From Mobula hypostoma (taxonomy: Eukaryota), in contig NC_086097.1 of NCBI RefSeq assembly GCF_963921235.1, positions 139,316,001-139,380,000 on the forward strand: a stretch of DNA of 64,000 nt. Direction: 5' to 3'. Shown piece after piece: positions 55,201 to 64,000 of the stretch. Made by a program: the position numbers and the translations under genes. Below the pieces are notes generated by a model. That model was not told the origin of the DNA, did no database searches, and saw only the letters and a program-made list of their open reading frames with translations. Numbering within the stretch: position 1 is the first letter of the stretch; the number at the start of each line of letters is the position of its first letter.

Positions 55201-58200
55201 GGATGGACGGTACTGAGGGAGTGTCACACTGTGGGATGGACAGTACTGAGGATGTGTCACACTGTGGGATGGAGAGTACTGAGGGAGTGTCACACTGTGG
55301 GATGGACAGTACTAAGCGAGTGTCACACTGTGGGATGGACGGTACTGAGGGAGTGTCACACTGTGGGATGGACGGTACTGAGGGAGTGTCACACTGTGGG
55401 ATGGACAGTACTGAGGGAGTGTCACACTGTGGGATGGACAGTACTGAGGGAGTGTCACACTGTGGGATGGACGGTACTGAGGGGGTGTCACACTGTGGGA
55501 TGGACGGTACTGAGGGAGTGTCACACTGTGGGATGGATGGTACGGAGGGAGTGTCACACTGTGGGATGGACAATACTGAGTGAGTGTCACACTGTGGGAT
55601 GGACGGTACTGAGGGAGTGTCACACTGTGGGATGGACAGTACTGAGGGAGTGTCACACTGTGGGATGGACAGTACTGAGGGAGTGTCACACTGTGGGATG
55701 GACAGTACTGAGGGAGTGTCACACTGTGGGATGGATGGTACTGAGGGAGTGTCAGACTGTGGGATGGATGGTACTGAGCGAGTGTTAGACTGTGGGATGG
55801 TCTGTACTGAGAGATTGTGACACTATAGGATGGAGAGTACTCAGGGAGTGTCACACTGCGGGATGGACAGTACTGAGGGAGTGTCACACTGTGGGATGGA
55901 CGGTACTGAGGGAGTGTCAGACTGTGGGATGGACGGTACTGAGGGAGTGTCACACTGTGGGATGGACAGTACTGAGGGAGTGTCACACTGTGGGATGGAC
56001 GGTACTGAGGGAGTGTCACACTGTGGGATGGACAGTACTGAGGGAGTGTCACACTGTGGGATGGACAGTACTGAGGGAGTGTCACACTGTGGGATGGACG
56101 GTACTGAGGGAGTGTCACACTGTGGGATGGACGGTACTGAGGGAGTGTCACACTGTGGGATGGACAGTACTGAGGGAGTGTCACACTGTGGGATGGACAG
56201 TACTGAGGGAGTGTCACACTGTGGGATGGACGGTACTGAGGGAGTGTCACACTGTGGGATGGACGGTACTGAGGGAGTGTCACACTGTGGGATGGACGGT
56301 ACTGAGGGAGTGTCACACTGTGGGATGGACGGTACTGAGGGAGTGTCACACTGTGGGATGGACGGTACTGAGGGAGTGTCACACTGTGGGATGGACAATA
56401 CTGAGGGAGTGTCACACTGTGGGATGGACAGTACTGAGGGAGTGTCACACTGTGGGATGGACAGTACTGAGGGAGTGTCACACTGTGGGATGGACAGTAC
56501 TGAGGGAGTGTCAGACTGTGGGATGGACGGTACTGAGAGAGTGTCACACTGTGGGATGGACAGTACTGAGGGAGTGTCACACTGTGGGATGGACAGTACT
56601 GAGGGAGTGTCACACTGTGGGATGGACGGTACTGAGGGAGTGTCAGACTGTGGGATGGACGGTACTGAGGGAGTGTCAGACTGTGGGATGGACGGTACTG
56701 AGGGAGTGTCAGACTGTGGGATGGACGGTACTGAGGGAGTGTCACACTGTGGGATGGACGGTACTGAGGGGGTGTCACACTGTGGGATGGACGGTACTGA
56801 GGGAGTGTCACACTGTGGGATGGACGGTACTGAAGGAGTGTCACACTGTGGGATGGACAGTACTGAGGGAGTGTCACACTGTGGGATGGACGGTACTGAG
56901 GGAGTGTCACACTGTGGGATGGACAGTACTGAGGGAGTGTCACACTGTGGGATGGACAGTACTGAGGGAGTGTCACACTGTGGGATGGACGGTACTGAGG
57001 GAGTGTCACACTGTGGGATGGACAGTACTGAGGGAGTGTCACACTGTGGGATGGACAGTACTGAGGGAGTGTCACACTGTGGGATGGACGTTACTGAGGG
57101 AGTGTCACACTGTGGGATGGACGGTACTGAGGGAGTGTCACACTGTGGGATGGACGGTACTGAGGGAGTGTCACACTGTGGGATGGACGGTACTGAGGGA
57201 GTGTCACACTGTGGGATGGACGGTACTGAGGGAGTGTCACACTGTGGGATGGACGGTACTGAGGGAGTGTCACACTGTGGGATGGACGGTACTGAGGGAG
57301 TGTCACACTGTGGGATGGACAGTACTGAGGGAGTGTCACACTGTGGGATGGACGGTACTGAGGGAGTGTCACACTGTGGGATGGACAGTACTGAGGGAGT
57401 GTCACACTGTGGGATGGACAGTACTGAGGGAGTGTCACACTGTGGGATGGACAGTACTGAGGGAGTGTCACACTGTGGGATGGACAGTACTGAGGGAGTG
57501 TCAGACTGTGGGATGGGCGGTACTGAGGGAGTGTCAGACTGTGGGATAGACGGTACTGAGGGATGGTCACACTGTGGGATGGAGAGTACTGAGGGAGTGT
57601 CACACTGTGGGATGGACAGTACTGAGGGAGTGTCACACTGTGGGATGGACGGTACTGAGGGAGTGTCAGACTGTGGGATGGACGGTACTGAGGGAGTGTC
57701 ACACTGTGGGATGGACAGTACTGAGGGAGTGTCACACTGTGGGATGGACGGTACTGAGGGAGTGTCACACTGTGGGATGGACAGTACTGAGGGAGTGTCA
57801 CACTGTGGGATGGACAGTACTAAGCGAGAGTCACACTGTGGGATGGACGGTACTGAGGGAGTGTCACACTGTGGGATGGACGGTACTGAGGGAGTGTCAC
57901 ACTGTGGGATGGACAGTACTGAGGGAGTGTCACACTGTGGGATGGACAGTACTGAGGGAGTGTCACACTGTGGGATGGACGGTACTGAGGGAGTGTCACA
58001 CTGTGGGATGGACGGTACTGAGGGAGTGTCACACTGTGGGATGGACGGTACTGAGGGAGTGTCACACTGTGGGATGGACGGTACTGAGGGAGTGTCACAC
58101 TGTGGGATGGACGGTACTGAGGGAGTGTCACACTGTGGGATGGACAGTACTGAGGGAGTGTCACACTGTGGGATGGACAGTACTGAGGGAGTGTCACACT

Positions 58201-61200
58201 GTGGGATGGACAGTACTGAGGGAGTGTCACACTGTGGGATGGACAGTACTGAGGGAGTGTCACACTGTGGGATGGACAGTACTGAGGGAGTGTCAGACTG
58301 TGGGATGGACGGTACTGAGCGAGTGTCAGACTGTGGGATGGACAGTACTGCGGGAGTATCAGACTGTGGGATGGACGATACTGAAAGTGTGTCACACTGT
58401 GGGATGGACAGTACTGAGGGAGTGTCACACTGTGGGATGGACAGTACTGAGGGAGTGTCACACTGTGGGATGGACGGTATTGAGGGAGTGTCAGACTGTG
58501 GGATGGACAGTATTGAGGGAGTGTCAGACTGTGGGATGGACGGTACTGAGGGGGTGTCAGACTGTGGGATGGACGGTACTGAGGGAGTGTCACACTGTGG
58601 GATGGACGGTACTGAGGGGGTGTCACACTGTGGGATGGACGGTACTGAGGGAGTGTCACACTGCGGGATGGACGTTACTGATGGAGTGTCACACTGCGGT
58701 ATGGAGAGTACTGAGTGAGTGTCATACTGCGGGATGGACGGTACTGAGGGAGTGTCACACTGTGGGATGGACAGTACTGAGGGAGTGTCACACTGTGGGA
58801 TGGACGGTACTGAGGGAGTGTCACACTGTGGGATGGACAGTACTGAGGGAGTGTCACACTGTGGGATGGACAGTACTGAGGGAGTGTCACACTGTGGGAT
58901 GGACGGTACTGAGGGAGTGTCACACTGTGGGATGGACGGTACTGAGGGAGTGTCACACTGTGGGATGGACAGTACTGAGGGAGTGTCACACTGTGGGATG
59001 GACAGTACTGAGGGAGTGTCACACTGTGGGATGGACGGTACTGAGTGAGTGTCACACTGTGGGATGGACACTACTGAGGGAGTGTCACACTGTGGGATGG
59101 ACGGTACTGAGGGAGTGTCACACTGTGGGATGGACGGTACTGAGGGAGTGTCACACTGTGGGATGGACGGTACTGAGGGAGTGTCACACTGTGGGATGGA
59201 CGGTATTGAGGGAGTGTCAGACTGTGGGATGGACGGTACTGAGGGAGTGTCACACTGTGGGATGGACGGTACTGAGGGAGTGTCACACTGTGGGATGGAC
59301 GGTACTGAAGGAGTGTCACACTGTGGGATGGACAGTACTGAGGGAGTGTCACACTGTGGGATGGACGGTACTGAGGGAGTGTCACACTGTGGGATGGACA
59401 GTACTGAGGGAGTGTCACACTGTGGGATGGACAGTACTGAGGGAGTGTCACACTGTGGGATGGACAGTACTGAGGGGGTGTCACACTGTGGGATGGACAG
59501 TACTGAGGGAGTGTCAGACTGTGGGATGGACAGTACTGAGGGAGTGTCACACTGTGGGATGGACAGTACTGAGTATGTGTCACACTGTGGGATGGAGAGT
59601 ACTGAGGGAGTGTCACACTGTGGGATGGACAGTACTAAGCGAGTGTCACACTGTGGGATGTACGGTACTGAGGGAGTGTCACATTGTGGGATGGACAGTA
59701 CTGAGGGAGTGTCACACTGTGGGATGGACAGTACTGAGGGAGTGTCACACTGTGGGATGGACGGTACTGAGGGAGTGTCACACTGTGGGATGGACGGTAC
59801 TGAGGGAGTGTCACACTGTGGGATGGACGGTACTGAGGGAGTGTCACACTGTGGGATGGACGGTACTGAGGGAGTGTCACACTGTGGGATGGACGGTACT
59901 GAGGGGGTGTCACACTGTGGGATGGACGGTACTGAGGGAGTGTCACACTGTGGGATGGACGGTACTGAGGGAGTGTCACACTGTGGGATGGACAGTACTG
60001 AGGGAGTGTCACACTGTGGGATGGACGGTACTGAGGGAGTGTCACACTGTGGGATGGACAGTACTGAGGGAGTGTCACACTGTGGGATGGACAGTACTGA
60101 GGGAGTGTCACACTGTGGGATGGACAGTACTGAGGGAGTGTCAGACTGTGGGATGGACAGTACTGAGGGAGTGTCAGACTGTGGGATGGATGGTACTGAG
60201 GGAGTGTCAGACTGTGGGATGGACGGTACTGAGGGAGTGTCACACTGTGGGATGGACAGTACTGAGGGAGTGTCACACTGTGGGATGGACAGTACTGAGG
60301 GAGTGTCACACTGTGGGATGGACGGTACTGAGGGAGTGTCAGACTGTGGGATGGACGGTACTGAGGGAGTGTCACACTGTGGGATGGACGGTACTGAGGG
60401 AGTGTCAGACTGTGGGATGGACAGTACTGAGGGAGTGTCACACTGTGGGATGGACGGTACTGAGGGAGTGTCACACTGTGGGATGGACAGTACTGAGGGA
60501 GTGTCACACTGTGGGATGGACAGTACTGAGGGAGTGTCACACTGTGGGATGGACAGTACTGAGGGAGTGTCACACTGTGGGATGGACAGTACTGAGGGAG
60601 TGTCACACTGTGGGATGGACAGTACTGAGGGAGTGTCACACTGTGGGATGGACAGTACTGAGGGAGTGTCACACTGTGGGATGGACAGTACTGAGGGAGT
60701 GTCACACTGTGGGATGGACAGTACTGAGGGAGTGTCACACTGTGGAATGGACAGTACTGAGGGAGTGTCACACTGTGGGATGGACGGTACTGAGGGAGTG
60801 TCACACTGTGGGATGGACGGTACTGAGGGAGTGTCACACTGTGGGATGGACGGTACTGAGGGAGTGTCACACTGTGGGATGGACGGTACTGAGGGAGTGT
60901 CACACTGTGGGATGGACGGTACTGAGGGAGTGTCACACTGTGGGATGGACAGTACTGAGGGAGTGTCACACTGTGGGATGGACAGTACTGAGGGAGTGTC
61001 ACACTGTGGGATGGACAGTACTGAGGGAGTGTCACACTGTGGGATGGACGGTACTGAGGGAGTGTCACACTGTGGGATGGACAGTACTGAGGGAGTGTCA
61101 CACTGTGGGATGGACAGTACTGAGGGAGTGTCACACTGTGGGATGGACAGTACTGAGGGAGTGTCACACTGTGGGATGGACAGTACTGAGGGAGTGTCAG

Positions 61201-64000
61201 ACTGTGGGATGGACAGTACTGAGGGAGTGTCAGACTGTGGGATGGACAGTACTGAGGGAGTGTCACACTGTGGGATGGACAGTACTGAGGGAGTGTCACA
61301 CTGTGGGATGGACAGTACTGAGGGAGTGTCACACTGTGGGATGGACGGTACTGAGGGAGTGTCAGACTGTGGGATGGACGGTACTGAGGGAGTGTCACAC
61401 TGTGGGATGGACAGTACTGAGGGAGTGTCACACTGTGGGATGGACGGTACTGAGGGAGTGTCACACTGTGGGATGGACAGTACTGAGGGAGTGTCACACT
61501 GTGGGATGGACAGTACTGAGGGAGTGTCACACTGTGGGATGGACAGTACTGAGGGAGTGTCACACTGTGGGATGGACAGTACTGAGGGAGTGTCACACTG
61601 TGGGATGGACAGTACTGAGGGAGTGTCACACTGTGGGATGGACAGTACTGAGGGAGTGTCACACTGTGGGATGGACGGTACTGAGGGAGTGTCACACTGT
61701 GGGATGGACGGTACTGAGGGAGTGTCACACTGTGGGATGGACGGTACTGAGGGAGTGTCACACTGTGGGATGGACGGTACTGAGGGAGTGTCACACTGTG
61801 GGATGGACGGTACTGAGGGAGTGTCACACTGTGGGATGGACAGTACTGAGGGAGTGTCACACTGTGGGATGGACAGTACTGAGGGAGTGTCACACTGTGG
61901 GATGGACAGTACTGAGGGAGTGTCACACTGTGGGATGGACGGTACTGAGGGAGTGTCACACTGTGGGATGGTCGGTACTGAGAGATTGTCACACTATAGG
62001 ATGGAGAGTACTCAGGGAGTGTCACACTGTGGGATGGACAGTACTGAGGGAGTGTCACACTGTGGGATGGACGGTACTGAGGGAGTGTCACACTGTGGGA
62101 TGGACAGTACTGAGGGAGTGTCACACTGTGGGATGGACGGTACTGAGGGAGTGTCAGACTGTGGGATGGACAGTACTGAGGGAGTGCAACACTGTGGGAT
62201 GGACGGTACTGAGAGAGTGTCACACTGTGGGATGGATGGTACGGAAGGAGTGTCACACTGTGGGATGGACGGTACTGAGGGAGTGTCACACTGTGGGATG
62301 GACAGTACTGAGGGAGTGTCACACTGTGGGATGGACAGTACTGAGGGAGTGTCACACTGTGGGATGGACAGTACTGAGGGAGTGTCACACTGTGGGATGG
62401 ACAGTACTGAGGGAGTGTCACACTGTGGGATGGACAGTACTGAGGGAGTGTCACACTGTGGGATGGACGGTACTGAGGGAGTGTCACACTGTGGGATGGA
62501 CAGTACTGAGGGAGTGTCACACTGTGGGATGGACAGTACTGAGGGAGTGTCACACTGTGGGATGGACAGTACTGAGGGAGTGTCAGACTGTGGGATGGAC
62601 GTTACTGAGGGAGTGTCACACTGTGGGATGGACGGTACTGAGGGGGTGTCACACTGTGGGATGGACGGTACTGAGGGAGTGTCACACTGTGGGATGGACG
62701 GTACTGAGGGAGTGTCACACTGTGGGATGGACGGTACTGAGGGAGTGTCACACTGTGGGATGGACGGTACTGAGGGAGTGTCACACTGTGGGATGGACAG
62801 TACTGAGGGAGTGTCACACTGTGGGATGGACAGTACTGAGGGAGTGTCACACTGTGGGATGGACAGTACTGAGGGAGTGTCACACTGTGGGATGGACAGT
62901 ACTGAGGGAGTGTCACACTGTGGGATGGACAGTACTGAGGGAGTGTCACACTGTGGGATGGACAGTACTGAGGGAGTGTCACACTGTGGGATGGACAGTA
63001 CTGAGGGAGTGTCAGACTGTGGGATGGACAGTACTGAGGGAGTGTCACACTGTGGGATGGACAGTACTGAGGGAGTGTCACACTGTGGGATGGACAGTAC
63101 TGAGGGAGTGTCACACTGTGGGATGGACAGTACTGAGGGAGTGTCACACTGTGGGATGGACGGTACTGAGGGAGTGTCAGACTGTGGGATGGACAGTACT
63201 GAGGGAGTGTCACACTGTGGGATGGACAGTACTGAGGGAGTGTCACACTGTGGGATGGACGGTACTGAGGGAGTGTCACACTGTGGGATGGACGGTACTG
63301 AGGGAGTGTCACACTGTGGGATGGACAGTACTGAGGGAGTGTCACACTGTGGGATGGACAGTACTGAGGGAGTGTCACACTGTGGGATGGACAGTACTGA
63401 GGGAGTGTCACACTGTGGGATGGACGGTACTGAGGGAGTGTCACACTGTGGGATGGACAGTACTGAGGGAGTGTCACACTGTGGGATGGACAGTACTGAG
63501 GGAGTGTCACACTGTGGGATGGACAGTACTGAGGGAGTGTCACACTGTGGGATGGACAGTACTGAGGGAGTGTCACACTGTGGGATGGACAGTACTGAGG
63601 GAGTGTCACACTGTGGGATGGACAGTACTGAGGGAGTGTCACACTGTGGGATGGACAGTACTGAGGGAGTGTCACACTGTGGGATGGACAGTACTGAGGG
63701 AGTGTCACACTGTGGGATGGACAGTACTGAGGGAGTGTCACACTGTGGGATGGACAGTACTGAGGGAGTGTCACACTGTGGGATGGACAGTACTGAGGGA
63801 GTGTCACACTGTGGGATGGACAGTACTGAGGGAGTGTCACACTGTGGGATGGACAGTACTGAGGGAGTGTCACACTGTGGGATGGACGGTACTGAGGGAG
63901 TGTCACACTGTGGGATGGACAGTACTGAGGGAGTGTCACACTGTGGGATGGACAGTACTGATGGAGTGTCACACTGTGGGATGGACAGTACTGAGGGAGT
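7232..64000. repeat. Giant 33-bp tandem satellite array (about 1,720 head-to-tail monomers, running off the window end), presumed intronic
   Basis: Consensus GTACTGAGGGAGTGTCACACTG(C/T)GGGATGGAC(G/A) repeats without spacers or inversions from about 7232 to 64000. The ORF track shows 11-aa periodicity ([11 protein letters not shown] / [11 protein letters not shown] / [11 protein letters not shown] / [11 protein letters not shown]). Confidence 0.99.

Noticed and set aside
7164..63972. Long ORFs in the track as real repeat proteins (mucin-like, RNA Pol II CTD-like or zinc-finger-like)
   Set aside because: They occur in four frames on both strands purely because the monomer is 11 codons. Stops and frameshifts are amplified with the HORs, there are no splice acceptors, and the Cys/His spacing does not fit C2H2 fingers.
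7232..64000. CRISPR array (33-bp repeat with internal palindrome)
   Set aside because: Monomers are directly head-to-tail with no unique spacers, there are no cas genes, and the context is a spliced vertebrate gene.
7232..64000. Calling the array centromeric or telomeric
   Set aside because: There is no TTAGGG, no recognisable CENP-B box, and no functional data. HOR structure alone does not establish centromere function.

Overview
This is eukaryotic vertebrate DNA. The repeat content suggests a cartilaginous fish, probably a ray, but that is an inference. Bases 1-7029 hold six phase-compatible internal coding exons (345-519, 2394-2544, 3477-3633, 4915-4994, 6262-6391, 6900-7029; + strand, all GT-AG) of a fibrocystin-L (PKHD1L1-like) gene, covering an IPT/TIG repeat and a G8 domain. 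The short introns carry decayed retroelement fragments (CR1-like, Rex1/Babar-like, Penelope-like) and microsatellites. About 200 bp after the last donor, a 33-bp tandem satellite begins (consensus GTACTGAGGGAGTGTCACACTGYGGGATGGACR). It fills about 7.23 kb to the window end (at least 56.7 kb, about 1,720 monomers) and apparently lies inside one intron. The array is internally organised: higher-order repeats of 2,443, 4,852 and 4,984 bp, nested 528-bp units, a recurring cassette of variant monomers, and a directional CpG-rich to CpG-free gradient. All long ORFs beyond 7.1 kb are artefacts of the 11-codon monomer. No CRISPR array or prokaryotic features are present.
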